Source: Antedon mediterranea (lineage: Eukaryota > Animalia > Echinodermata). Taken from it: a stretch of 64,000 nucleotides of DNA. Positions 11,467 to 24,413 of the stretch are shown piece after piece. Every line of letters begins with the position of its first letter. Position 1 is the stretch's first letter. The translations under genes were made by a program, and so were the position numbers. The stretch lies in the NCBI RefSeq assembly GCF_964355755.1, contig NC_092671.1, positions 8,556,001 to 8,620,000 on the forward strand, read 5' to 3'. Under the pieces are notes generated by a model. The model ran no database searches. It saw only the letters and a list, made by a program, of their open reading frames with translations, and was not told the origin of the DNA.

Positions 11467-11772
11467 GTAAGTATTAGCATTACATAAAGCTAGCATGACA
11501 AATTGAGATTGTATCACCAGCGTATAGTTTTTGGGTTTCTTTCAGGCTGTCAATCTCAGATTTTGCTTGATCAACAGTTTTCTAATACGTTCTCTCTTCC
11601 TTTTCATCAGGAAGCTACGTCCTAGGCCTACATAATATGGCCTTCTTCATACTCCTCGCACATTTTAATCAGTAGAATTAACTATTCCAATGAAAGTTTA
11701 TCTTACTTTGAATTTATTTAAATTAACTAAGTAGGCCTATAGACACACTATTCTGATTTCTCTGTTTGTCAG

Positions 11773-11993
11773 TTATCACTGGAGATGGTATGGAGACTCA
11801 TTTTCAAGTTAATTACTTAACGCATTTTCTAATGTGTTTGCATATGATTCCACTTTTGGAAGAATCGAAAGGGGTAGTACTGTCGGTCTCTAGTGAAGCA
11901 CATCGAGTATTGGCCAAGTTCAAACTTGGTAACTTCCAAGGTGAGAAGACATATGGACGCTTTTTAGCATACGGCAACTCCAAGCTATTCCAG
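11773..11993 (+). CDS. SDR exon 4
   Basis: ITGDGMETHFQVNYLTHF...VSSEAH...AYGNSKLFQ|gtaggt; contains the catalytic Ser and YxxxK. Confidence 0.93.
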
Positions 11994-12096
11994 GTAGGTA
12001 GTATAAAACCAAGGGTTCGGTATTGTTTTTCTGTGTAGTGTAAAGTGTTTTTAAAATAAATGAAGTTATGTAACCTAAATTACATAATTTACCGTA

Positions 12097-12334
12097 TCGC
12101 TTGTGATTGGTCAACTTCAATATGTTGTGCTTATGTCCTTGCGTTGCATACTAGAGTGGGGGAACCAAGTATTAACTTTGTTCTCATTGGACGTAACGAC
12201 ATATTAAGCTTATTTCATTTCCGTTCCGTTTAGTTGCTCGAAAGTCGATATAAACTTATTTCTTTTCAGTTGAGTTTAGTTCCGTGTCGATATAAGCTCC
12301 CCTTAACGCAAGTGAGTTGACCAATCACAAGCGA
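12097..12334. repeat. Perfect 20-bp inverted repeat pair, probable MITE remnant(s)
   Basis: TCGCTTGTGATTGGTCAACT at 12097-12116 and its exact reverse complement at 12315-12334. Confidence 0.65.
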
Positions 12335-12397
12335 AAGTAAACGTAAACCCTATACTAGGCTTATACCAAAACTTAGACCTTTAATATTTCAATATAG

Positions 12398-12545
12398 ATG
12401 ATGGCATCATTTTCGTTTGAACGAAGACTATCACACAGGAATATCCACTTCGTCACTATGCATCCTGGCCATGTGACAGACACGGCTATTGGAAATCATA
12501 TTACAGACATGTCTATTTTGTACCTACTGAGGCAGTGTTTATACG
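12398..12545 (+). CDS. SDR exon 5
   Basis: tag|MMASFSFERRL...MHPGHVTDT...QCLY G|gtaac; contains the HPG motif. Confidence 0.88.
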
Positions 12546-12795
12546 GTAACATACTTATTATACTATTTATTATACAAAATGGCGTTATACTATTGTTAAT
12601 GATAGTCTCCTATATCGCGTGAACATTGTAGGCCCTATCCCATAGTTAATAAGATAATTAACAATTAACATAACCCTTGCCAAATCAGGAGCTGCCACCA
12701 TTACGTCGTTTAGAACGCATGAAAAGCTATCCTTGAAAATCGCAGTCCCAAACTTCGTTGTGGTGCTTCGTATAAAATACGTTCTCTTTTTTCAG

Positions 12796-12922
12796 CTGTT
12801 GATGGAATCGAATCAAGCGTAGCGGCAAAAGACATTTACGAGATTTTACGACAAAAAGATGAATATAAATCAGAAGTTTATTATAATCGTAGAGAACTCG
12901 GAGAAGCCAGTCAGGATTCACG
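12796..12922 (+). CDS. SDR exon 6
   Basis: ttttttcag|AVDGIESSVAAKDIYEIL...VYYNRRELGEASQDSR|gttagt. Phases (1 in, 2 out) fit both neighbours. The sequence is divergent. Confidence 0.72.
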
Positions 12923-13227
12923 GTTAGTATCTATTTACACATGTAGGACTACCGTAGTCAATTCATGACTAAATGTGTATACTATTGAAAGATAATTCAT
13001 GTAAGTTTAAAGTAATGGTTTCCATAAGTTTATCTTTATTTTTTCATTTTCAAGATTTTATTATGTGTTTGAATTTGCGTGTACAATTTATACAGTTGTG
13101 CATTGTTGGTAAACTTGTTTTTGTTACGAACGCACCATTTGTTTTTGAATGCCACCGATATAAAGGTGTACGTTCATATTTATCAACATTTTACTATCGT
13201 ATACGTTGTATATTTTTTTCGTTACAG

Positions 13228-13339
13228 AGACGTTGTAAAACAAGAACAACTGTGGTCGTATAGTATCAAGCTATTAGAAAATTACCTACCCGTTAATATG
13301 CCACCGGAACTTCTGCCTGAAATGAATACGAAATATTGA
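13228..13339 (+). CDS. SDR exon 7 (terminal)
   Basis: ttacag|DVVKQEQLWSYSIKLL...TKY*; has the typical D...Q..LW..S C-terminal motif. Confidence 0.88.
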
Positions 13340-13474
13340 ATAGTTTACACTTTTATATAATTATATCAAATAAATTAGGCATATTCTTATCGACAGCTTC
13401 ACAGTTCAAATGAAACTACTGCTACTATGAAATTACTAGTATTATTAATCTGATCTTAATTACTGAAACTATTA

Positions 13475-13560
13475 TATAACACCTAAATAAATTCCTGTCA
13501 TTTAATTGGACGATTGTGAGTCACGTGGTTATGGCATGCAATAGTACGCACTATTTATCG
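13475..13560. repeat. Dispersed repeat; second copy at ~25642-25710
   Basis: TATAACACCTA..ATTCCTGTCA..GGAC.ATTGTG...TGCAATAGTAC..ACTATTT is shared by both loci. Confidence 0.7.
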
Positions 13561-14349
13561 ATCGTTAAATAGTACTTTTCCGCCTCGTTGAAATATAACC
13601 TTTCATCATTCACCTCATGCCATTATTTGTACAATTACACTCATAAACATTTATTATTTGTATACTATTGTTCCGTGTAATAGGCCTACCGATTATATTT
13701 AGGATTACTGGTACCTGAATCAAACAATTATTTAATTTATTTAAATCAGGTAGATCTGAGTAATTATGGACGAGAAACATGGTTATGTCTGGATCATTGA
13801 GATATCTAAATTGGCCATATTTCGAATAAATTACGCCTACTGTAGGCCTATTATTGGTATAGGCCTATTTATTTTGTAAGAGAAAAATGAACAAGTAGAA
13901 AAAGATTAATGCCAATCAATGAAATACCACCACAGGCGGTATGTATAGGTTTTAAGTTCTTGGCCTAATATTCATTAAAAGATGTATCAGAGCATTTTAA
14001 TATATTGTACATAATTCAAATATCATTATATGACAGTTAACATTCTAAAATAGTTCAATTATTTGAAGTTATAATCTTCATTTATTTTTAATGATTTTTT
14101 TATCTAACTGACGACGTATGTTAATTGGAGACGTATCCCTAGTTATAACTCAACATAAAGTATTAACAATGAATAACCTGTTTGTATATTAATGTAATAA
14201 AATATATTTTTAAATAAAGTTAATTTCATTTCATTTATATGGATTGATTGAGGTCATATTTATTATTATCATTTTACGAATGACTACGAACTATGTGACC
14301 ACGGGATTAATTGAGTGGGTTGATGCATTTAGACATAGGCCTAAGACAA

Positions 14350-14592
14350 AAAACATACTTTATTATCTCCAAAGAAGAAATTACAGTAGCTTGCAAAACA
14401 ACAAGGAAAAACATAAACATACAAAATAAAAGATAAGACCACCCCACAAGTTACCTTTTATGATCTTCATTTAAGAAAACAATACCCTTAACTACAAAAG
14501 AATTACGGTATCTGTTGGTGGTAAAAGCAGAAACTCTCATACGTCCACTTCTGGGGATATAATGCCTGACAAGCACATCATACCAATGTTGG
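14350..14592 (-). mobile_element. LINE 3' fragment, Rex1/Babar-like
   Basis: The minus frame reads QHWYDVLVRHYIPRSGRMRVSAFTTNRYRNSFVVKGIVFLNEDHKR*, resembling the H......LPSGR.R....T.R..NSF...I..LN C-terminus of that clade. It is followed by a T-rich 3' UTR and AATAAA. Confidence 0.55.
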
Positions 14593-14697
14593 TAGGGCCA
14601 GGTTGTGAGTCCAAAAAATAGTGATTTGAAAAAGCAGCAAAAAATGTGTTTTTAAAACTAAAATATAATGGAATATGGACTATGATGTTTATTTTAA

Positions 14698-15287
14698 AGG
14701 CCAGGTGCGGGCAAAAAATTTCTATTGATCATACATTCCAATAATTATCAATCTATACTTTCCCCTATGTTTCATAATTTTTGGGATTTTATTTGTGTTA
14801 CAGGAGCTTGTTGAAAATAAGCACTTTCTTATCAGTGGCGGGATAGTTCAAATTACACAGTAAAATCTCTATTCTTTTGTACACACATTTTGTAAATAGA
14901 GAGGCATTTTAAAAAGCCATGAAAAATAAACGGTGTGGTAAGAAATGTTATCAGATGACTAAACATAGGTTAAATAACTTGAATTTTACATTTCTGGTAT
15001 TTTCAATTTCAGATTTTTATTTTCATGCTTTAGCAAAAATTATCCACCGTATATCCACCATCTTTTTTCACCTTCTATGGAGTCACCAGACATGTTATTA
15101 CATTAGGTTAAACTACCTAACTACTGAAAAAAAGTCTTCCTGGTTTTTATGGCAGAATTTTGCCAAATTTTGTATTTGACCATATTAAGGGAAATTCATT
15201 TTTTCTGTCTTGATTTCTGTTACAAATACTTGATTTATGTACAATTAACCAGATATTATATTTAAAATTCATGCCTGTACCTGAGCT
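14698..15287. mobile_element. 590-bp non-autonomous element with TTAA TSD, Kolobok-like
   Basis: TTAA|AGGCCAGGTGCGGGCA ... TGCCTGTACCTGAGCT|TTAA. Imperfect 16-bp TIR with AG..CT termini. Confidence 0.7.
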
Positions 15288-15525
15288 TTAACTCATATCC
15301 AACAGCGGGAAGCCCTCAAACAGAATGAAAACATAAACTGGGGAAAAACAGCAAAAAACAAGAATATTAATTCCAAACGATATAATCTACTCAACATTTA
15401 TTAATTCTATATTTAAAGAAAGACAACTGGTTAATGAATTTTGCAAATAAATTCGGTTTTAAACAATGTCTGGAAACATTAACAAGAGTGTGGACTGTGA
15501 ATCCTTCATTCATACCTAATGGTAA

Positions 15526-15543
15526 TACTGCCACCTAGCGGCT
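15526..15543 (-). promoter_or_regulatory. CTCF-like motif between the SDR gene and TMTC3
   Basis: The minus strand reads AGCCGCTAGGTGGCAGTA, a close match to the bilaterian CTCF core consensus. Confidence 0.55.
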
Positions 15544-15929
15544 AAGTAACTTTATTTTATGTATCTGTTGAACTCGTATGATGAAGATAAACGGGTTTTT
15601 AAATATATTTTAAAAACTTTTTTACTGTTGTGATTAAAGAAAACAATTGATATAGTTTCAAATCATTAAATATGTGAATTGTCGGACCGGGCAACTAGCA
15701 CATTGTTACAGTTTCACTCCTCATCATTAAATTGAAAATATGATATGCATAACATAAAAAAGTGTTATTATATATACATTTCCCTCGTCAATTTTATGTT
15801 AATTTAACAGTATAGTATTAGTAAATTAGATATTTATATTATGAGGTGTTTTTTTATGAATTATTAATGGGATAAGTTTTTCCGTATAAGAGGGCGACAT
15901 TGTAGTTACCAAAGTTTAGAAATGGCACG

Positions 15930-16064
15930 CATGATTGAACTTCATATTGTACACAAAATCTCCATATAATCGAAACCAAAAGAGGAAAAGATGTACAGTG
16001 GATTTTCTATCGGCAGTTCACTACTTTTATGAAAACTCTAAGGAACATACAGGTATCAGATAAG
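15930..16064 (+). other. TMTC3: Putative non-coding first exon of TMTC3 (start approximate)
   Basis: Strong donor AAG|gtgagt at 16064/16065, downstream of an AGAGGGCG motif at about 15889. The first coding exon has an acceptor (tcttttacag, 18855) upstream of its ATG, implying an upstream UTR exon. Confidence 0.45.
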
Positions 16065-16770
16065 GTGAGTTTACTTAACCAACTACTTTTTACTGTATTA
16101 GTCAACTGGTGTTAGTACAATCAACAACCGAGGTTTCATAAAAGGTAGGACCTTCTTTCTAGGCCTGGTTGTGACGTGCTCAGATTTCTTATTAAGTACG
16201 GATCCTTCACGGCTAAACAGACTTTAACAGTCATTGGATCTTATTACTTGAGTCGGGTCGAGAGAGACCTGCCTACACTTTACCCATACCAAGTAGTTTA
16301 GGATTAAATTAGATACATGGGAAATGTGTAAATATACATTTCTAATTGAATAATTAATGTGTTTAAAAATAATTATCAATAATTTCAATAGCTAGTTAGT
16401 AGAAGGCCCTCCTCTATAATAGCCAGCCTAGCTATAAGTATTAAAGTATTATACTGTTCTGCCCCACACCAGATCGCCCCCCTCCCCCTCTCCTAAATAT
16501 AGTTAGTATTACAGTATTACCGTAATTAATAAAGCACATGTTGAAGTATTCATACAGTGCATGACAGTTTTTTGTCTAGTCTTATTTAAAATGTAGGATG
16601 CTTTATATTTAACCCTGGGCCTAAGACTATATTATATATATATAATTAATAAGAATAATAATATATTCATTTTATTTTTTAATAGAATATTTTTGGCAAC
16701 AAAATTACAAAAAGTATAAAACACTCTAAAAAGGTACAAATAAAATACCAATATAATTCAATTGGGACCA

Positions 16771-16811
16771 CCAGAGTACAGGGTCGGTATGATACCGACC
16801 CTGTACTCTGG
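16771..16811. repeat. Perfect hairpin, 20-bp arms and 1-nt centre
   Basis: CCAGAGTACAGGGTCGGTAT-G-ATACCGACCCTGTACTCTGG. Confidence 0.95.
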
Positions 16812-18921
16812 CTACACTGTATATAGCCCCAAAAACAAATTCAATCAAGTTTTTAGTATTAAGCAAATAGCTTTAAAAATATGTTCTACCTCTGTGACAT
16901 ACTTGATTTTATGCATTTTTGTAACTTTGGTTTTATTTAGTGCATAGTAGACTATTTCTTAAATGTCAAATCCAATTTTTGTCCCTTAAGGATTTCTACA
17001 TTCTATATAGGATATCGTGAATGTTAATGAATGTGTATAGTAGCCAGGAGGTAATTTAAATGCAGACCTTTATTACCTAGAAATATCAAGAAGAAGATCT
17101 AAATCATTCTTCAAGTATAATTTTTATTTATGAAAGTATCCATGAAAATATTTACAGTATAGCAAGATTTTGAGATATGAAATTTAATTTTGACTTCAAA
17201 GCTGTAATGAGAATAATGTAATGAAAATAACATTGTCTATTTTGTGCCTAGCTTACTACTAATAGACCCTTTCTTTTCTTTCAAAGACAGAAATACAATT
17301 GTCTCTATTTACAGTATATTAATTATAGGTACCTACAGTATGGTAATTCTGTTTCTGTTCAAAACAAAGATTGAGATTATATAATAATTACTTGACAATG
17401 ATATTACTGAGTATCTTTTGCGTAGGCCTAGTATTTGTTGTTTAGCAGCATATCATCAGCTAAAAAGTAACTGTGTTTAAGTATCTTAACGATCGCATTA
17501 AGCTCAATAGCATGGCTTAGACAAACCTGGACTGTTTTTCATTTCTCTACGTGACTGGATTTATTATGATTCTCCTTCAATATATATTTTGCCTGTAACA
17601 GTCTCTGGGGCTTCTACTACTACGATACAGTCTATTCAGACTGAAATATTTTTATTTACTTGTTGTTTATGTTTGCTTATTATTGATCATGGTGATGTTT
17701 CTGCTGACAAATGTAGGTGTGAATCAGAATTACCAATTTTGTCACCAATTTCAACTTATGATTTTGTACATGTACAGTACAGCTCATTATTTGTTGAAAT
17801 CAATAAACAATTAACGAAGTCAACAAATACGTATTACTTTTTATATGAAATAGCAAAATAAAAAAAACAACATTTTTTATTTCTTGGGTACCGTATTATA
17901 CAGAGTAAGCCATCTCATAGAATTTAACCAATGTTTATAACCGTACCAAAAATACCTACCAGACTACTCTTAATAGTTGCATACATGTTGATTAATATAA
18001 AATTAAAGCTATTATTTGAAGGTGTCTGTTTTATTATTACAATTTAATATTTTTCATAAATTTAAGTGATAAAGACGTTGTTTTCTATATTGAAATTTCT
18101 CAACACATTCGATCAAAATAATAATCATCAATCAATCAACTTCAAATATAATAATTAATAAATTGTTTTGATCAAGCAAACAGTAATGTTTTGAATACCT
18201 TGTTATTCCTTTCAATATTATATCATATATATTGACATACTGTAGTTAACACAATACGCATTTATGTTTAAAAATGTGTTGCAATGTCATGGCTGAGAAA
18301 ACCTAAAATGTATTATTTCCCACAAGATAACGTGTCAGTGAGTTATGTAAATATTTAATCCTTGAGAAAGTAGTCTAATGATCGCGATAAATCTGTAGTT
18401 TTTTTACATGCTGCTGATATTTCACTACTAGCTTTGAAAAGGTTGTGTATGTTCTCTTACATTTAGCTGATTTATCTTTGCTTGCACGAAGTGCCAGTGA
18501 GGATTACCCTTCAGTTGAGGATACCTTGGCTTTAAACCGTTTTTTTTTACATATACCTGGTTGGAATTTAATTAAGTATATTGATTGAATATAATACCTA
18601 TCCTCATTCTTTTTTAGACAATTTCCAGTCCGTAAAGTGCTTGTCTATTTCATAGGATCTAAAAAGAACATGTTTCAGGCTACAGAACATGTAATCATTA
18701 CTCATCATGACACAATACTGTACAGAACCATAGCTGTGTATGAGTCTGGATTCTCAACAAAAAGTTATAAAATATACTGGTACTTGTACTACTACTAATT
18801 GTATTCAAATCTTGCTTCCGGTATAGAGATAACTCTATGTACTTATCTTTTACAGTGAAAAATGGTTTGACATTTAAGGAATATATCTCAATGAAATAGA
18901 GAGTGTTCATTATAAAGAGAG

Positions 18922-19113
18922 ATGGAGAAGAACAAACTTCACATTTACTCTGCCATTGTGGTTGCCTTGGTTACAGTCTGCTACCACAATGCATTGCAAT
19001 GTGGATTTGTGTTTGATGACATCTCGGCCATCAAGGATAACAAGGATCTTCGACCATCGTCACCGTTGTCGAACCTCCTTTGGAATGACTTCTGGGGAAC
19101 GCCAATGCATAAG
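18922..19113 (+). CDS. TMTC3: Protein O-mannosyl-transferase TMTC3, coding exon 1
   Basis: MEKNK...[45 protein letters not shown]|gtaatg. Matches the TMTC3 N-terminus ([15 protein letters not shown]). Confidence 0.95.
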
Positions 19114-21994
19114 GTAATGTACATTTTGTTTAGGTACAGTATGTTGTTTTTTGTTATCTATTTATAAATTTATTCCACTTCTCTGTATTTTACTACAATA
19201 TATTTTTCTTCTGTTTAGACCATTAGTTTGAGAACACTCATTTTGGTTTACTGTATTTGCTGTCCTAGAAATAATTTATGCACACAGTAGTATAAAACTG
19301 TATTACTTGCAGCAAAAATGAGCACCTACTCAAAACAAACAAAAAAACGTCCCACTCTATAGACAGGTACAGGTACAGTAAGATTAAAAACTATGCCAAA
19401 TACATCAAGTAAAACCTCATCTGTAATGTATTATTTATGGTTGGCTAAATTTCCATCCTTGATTTGCAAAACAGTAGCTTACAAAGTTGTATCAAGTACT
19501 TCTCTTACCAAGATGTGGATAAGTGGCTCCTTTGCCATTGGAAGGGAGTACTGAAGTGAGTGCAGTGATGCGATGGAATTGTTTGGTAAATTAAGCTTTA
19601 ACTTAGTTTAGATATAAACATGTATCCATTAAGGCAGTTACTGATATAGTAGTTTTGCGATGGTGGGGGTAAAACCTGACGCCAGACCAAAGATTGTATA
19701 AACCATCAACCAAAATATGACCACATTTGTCTGACACTAAGTAACCTTGCTAGAATACAGTACTATATTCAATTTTCTCAACTAATATTTCATTTACCAG
19801 TCAAACCAGTGTAATGTACTGTAATATATATTGTATTGTACAATTTGAACCACTCAGTAAATATTTAAATAGATCTGGAAAACAAAGATTGAACATAGAA
19901 CTTTTGGATCAAAAGTGGCATATATAACACCAGACATCGATGCCACTACTTGTAGGCTGTATCCTATGCAGTTTCGGACATTTACAAAGTGAATAAAAAA
20001 AAAAAAGCTAGGTGTCGGGTCAATTGTTGTTTAATGTCTGGACCTAGAAACCAGACCAAGAAAAAACACACGAATCATGTCGTTCAGTATGATGAATTAG
20101 TTTGGTCATTGGTTGTCGCAAATCAAAAGCTCCCGAACATTTGTTTTACAACCTTCTGTGTCTTTTCGATGTTAATTCATAACAGTTTACAAGCCAGTCT
20201 TTATGAATCTGATTGAAAAAAAAACAAATCCCTGCTATTTCAGTTATACATGTTATTTGCATGTTGCGTGTAAAAAAGCTATGTACTTTGAAATAGTAAA
20301 ATCCCATTAGTTTAACATTTCATAGATGATTTATAGGTATACCTAACCAGTTTTGTCTGCAGATAAATGTCAAAGTGAAAATAAACACAATCTTCTGAAA
20401 GAGATCTCAACGAGATGGAAATAGTTAAACGCAATTTAAGTACAAGACGCATTTATAATGTGGAAATGGTAGTCATGCGGCTTTAGGCTATTCCGATACC
20501 TTAATTTACCACCTCACGAACTAAATATCTTATTAAAATATAATAGGATTAATTCTATAACGAAAAGGGCAACCATTTATAGTAAGATTAGTTGGTAATG
20601 ACTGCACACTTTAAAGATCCTGTAATAGTGCTACGAACCGAATGTATTCAACCTTTTGTACCATGTTGACTTATAAGAAACAGCCTGATAATATTATAAA
20701 AAGACCTGTGATTTAGATAGATTGCAAATGTTATTCATGCGTGTGAAAATTATTGTTCAATTATATACTGTATTTAGTGAATGAAATCTTTTCAATAGGT
20801 TTTTATATTATCAGAATGTGTACAACATGAACATTTGCCAACGGTATAGTAACATTCTCAGACAAACTTGACACTTAATTAATTTTTTTTTAACGAGTCC
20901 TGCTTGTAGTACAAAGGTAGATTCATCTGTACTGTACCTAGGCAAAATGTCTTGTTCAACTTTTACCACATCTTTACAGAACTATATTTGAAAATCACTT
21001 ACACTTTATTGTAGATAACAAACATTAAACCCACAATTTGCTATCCATGACACTGTGATGAGAAAAAATTATTGGCTTCATTGTTTATGTAAAAAAAATA
21101 ATAATTTTTTTATACTTTTTGCGGAAAAAAAAAACTTAAGAATATTCAATTTTTGTATTAAAATGTTTGTCTATCATGAAAACATGATTTGTTTAAATTT
21201 TGTGTGCGATTACTTTTCTTAAATTCACTTTATCCAGCATGAATATGCTGTAGTATGGAGATCCATTTATTTAAAAAAAATTAATAATCAAGCAAGCCAA
21301 AGAAAAAGGTTATTTAAAGATAGCTTGTTGATTAATATCTAAAGCGTACAGTATTCTATTCTGCAAATTTTTTTTCTAATAACCATTTTCTTATATTAAT
21401 TTTCTTGGGCAAGATTAAATGCCAATCCATTTCTTTAATTTGTTAATATTATATCAAACAGTTCCCAAAGGAATAGGATATTAATCAATGAATGGATTGT
21501 CTTTTTCTACTTTAACGTAATCTTCTTCCTTCTAATTGAATTCTTTGATTCTGGGTAGATTTCGTATTTGTGTCTTCATAATATCATGCTTAATGTTTCC
21601 CAAAGAGTTATTAACATACTATTCAGTTTGACCTTTGAACTTTCATCAGTACTAGATTTTTTTATTTTTGCTTGATATACTTGAATATAAATAAGATGAT
21701 ATTTATGGAGCGGAACTGTGAGATGTTGGCTAACGTGCTATTCTATCAATTCAAGTATCTTTCTAAGTGTTTAAGCCTTGAACATTCAAGTCTTTCAAAT
21801 TTACAGGCAAAAACATCGTTATTTTGACAACATAATGTTGCCTAGCACTGCAGAATAACTATTATAATGAACTACAGTATTGTTTTGAGACCAAAAAAAT
21901 AGGTTTTGTATAATTTTATTATATCATTTTGTAGGAGCTTAACATAACATATGTTTTGTGTTAATTTAAAAATATTGACATGAATTTTGTGTTA

Positions 21995-22152
21995 ACCCTA
22001 TTAAGAAGACACCTTCGGAAGGAGTGAAAAAAGTGTCCCCTAATAAAAGTTGTCCCCTGAACAGGGGTTGGCCATAGTGTAAAATCAGTGTCCCCTTAAT
22101 ATATGTAGGTGTCTTCTCCTGAATAGGGGTGTCCCAAATAAAGGGTTTTACT
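21995..22152. mobile_element. Degenerate pogo/Tc1-like MITE; related copies at ~10909-11172, 23311-24143, 27739-27830 and 59628-59760
   Basis: Recurrent AGTAGAACCCC / GGGACACC / GTGTCCCCTTAATA / GGTTTTACT motifs. Confidence 0.55.
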
Positions 22153-23357
22153 CAATATCATATTTACATTATCATAGATTTCAAATACAGTGTCCATACA
22201 TTACTTTATGTTAATGATACGAGTAAGACTGTCCTACGCATACTAAATTTGAGCTGTGTATTCGTATACCCACATGATTAACAAAATGTATACTTTGTCC
22301 TTTTATACAATTTATGATGCAAAAAGCGATTAAGTTTCTATAAAATGTTGACAGTACTACACAGTGTACAGTATACATATTCAGTGGATATTAATTATTA
22401 TACTTAGTATTGGCTATTGAAAATTAAAATAATTTAAAAAGTTTGAAATACTACACATGATGCGTGATTGCTACTACAGTGTATATTCATAGATTTATAA
22501 TATTATTCATAAAATAGTTTATTTAATAATAGCCAACTGTCAGTGTCTGTTATAAACTGCATTTCCTTCTAAAATAGATGGCCTTCTTTCTAACTTCCTT
22601 TTAGAAATGTAACTGACTATACTGCTCGTTGTGACAAAATTGATCAGGGTCTAGGCCTTGATTAGATAATACAGTTACTGTACTGTATGTAGGCCTACTA
22701 TGTTAATAAAAGTAGTTTGAATGTTAAAAATTATGTTAGAAGTACCAAAGGCATTGTTGTATACAGTAATTAAAAAGCCTGAGAATTTATACTGGATACA
22801 AAATGTTTGGCCATTATTAATGGCCAAAGCTTACTACAGTTTTATTGTTTAGTATTGCTCTGTTAAGGTGACACATCATTGCAGTGTGAACTGACATTCA
22901 CTAATTTTAACCCCTGCTAACCTTGCATGCCCCATTCTTATGATTTCTTATTCTATTGAGTATCTTAAATTAAAGATTTCTACAGCAACATGAATATTGG
23001 CCGATGCTTTTTATATTACTGGCGGTGCAGCTATGCATAAGAATATACAGTAGGTTCATACTTACAAGTTTAAATTGCCAAATACCTCAAGATGTTATAT
23101 TGATCATATTAAAACTAGGAAGAAGCTTTTTTTTTAAATTTGATTAAGCAGTCATGAACATGATTTTTACATATACAAGTTTTAATATCGATTATAATAC
23201 TTGTCGTGTAGTAGTAAATTAGCAGTTTTGGCCAATCCCAACAGTTTGGAAAAATGAAATATTGTGTTTTTTTTTAAATCCAAAACAATTTGGAGAAATT
23301 ATACCTTTAAAGTAGAACCCCGACTATGGAACAAACTTTTTCCCAAAGGTGTCCACT

Positions 23358-24119
23358 CAGGCCTCGAATTTTACCGCGGCCAGTGCCGTCGGTGCCCTCC
23401 CAGTTGGCCTCAATGCCCTCGAAAATGAATAGCACCCACGGCCACTACACTAGCCTGCCCTTTTTTTGCGTTGGCCGCGAGTGCCCTTCTCGAGTTTTAC
23501 CACAATAAAAACCACTGAATTAGATAGAAAATAATGTCAAGAAGATTTGTTTACACGACTCGGACAAGACGCAAAACTATCGCCTGTCTTCGTTGCAAGG
23601 GGCTAGCTAAGTAAGGCTGAGTAGCTTGCTGTTGTAAGGGTCTTTATACCTGTTCTGGGGTTCCTTGGTTGGCTTCACGTGCCTTTTTATCGCATTATTT
23701 GAAACTAAACGAAACATTCAAAACAGGACGGTAAACTATAAACGCTGAACATCGTACCTATTTATTATTTTTATATGGATCGTAAATACACGTACTATTT
23801 ATATGAAATACAAAAAGATGTATTGTAGACAGTCCTACTACTACTACTACGCAATCTGATGAATAGGGGGAAATCCCCAAAACATTTTGCGGGTAGAATT
23901 TTTTTTTTTTTTTTGAAAAAAATTCCACCCTCAACCGGAAACAAGCTATTTTTTAATTTGGGCCTAGTTATTACAATATTTTTTAATTTTGGCCTTGGTG
24001 CCCCTTCGATTTAAAACAAATGGCCTTGGTGCCCTCCCATTTGGCCTTGGTGCCCCTAAAATCAATGAAAACCGGAGGCCAAATGGCCTTGCCCCTAAAA
24101 TCCCCAAATTCGAGGCCTG
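23358..24119. mobile_element. 762-bp hAT-like non-autonomous element nested in an older MITE
   Basis: Perfect 14-bp TIR CAGGCCTCGAATTT. Subterminal GGCCTTGGTGCCC repeats. TGTCCACT on the left and (TG)TCCACT on the right look like an 8-bp TSD. Confidence 0.85.
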
Positions 24120-24194
24120 TCCACTTAATAGTGGATTTACTGTATTTAATTTCTAATAAATACAAAACATTTTTTTTCTTTTTTCATCTTTTAG

Positions 24195-24413
24195 GAAGGG
24201 AGTCATAAATCGTACCGTCCAATCTGTGTTCTGTCGTTTCGTATCAACTATGGTCTTGGCGAACTTGACCCTATGGGTTATCACCTAGTCAACATAATAC
24301 TACATGCTGTCGTGTCCGTCATGTTTTTAAAAGTCTGTACTTTGTTCTTCAACGATACAACTAGTTTCATAGCGTCTTTGTTGTTTGCACTACATCCCAT
24401 TCACACTGAAGCA
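24195..24413 (+). CDS. TMTC3: TMTC3 coding exon 2
   Basis: tttag|[19 protein letters not shown]...[13 protein letters not shown]...[11 protein letters not shown]|gtaagt. Confidence 0.95.

Noticed and set aside
12688-12822. Alternative SDR exon starting GAATI
   Set aside because: It resembles the GAxT motif, but the frame runs into a stop with no further SDR similarity or suitable donor.
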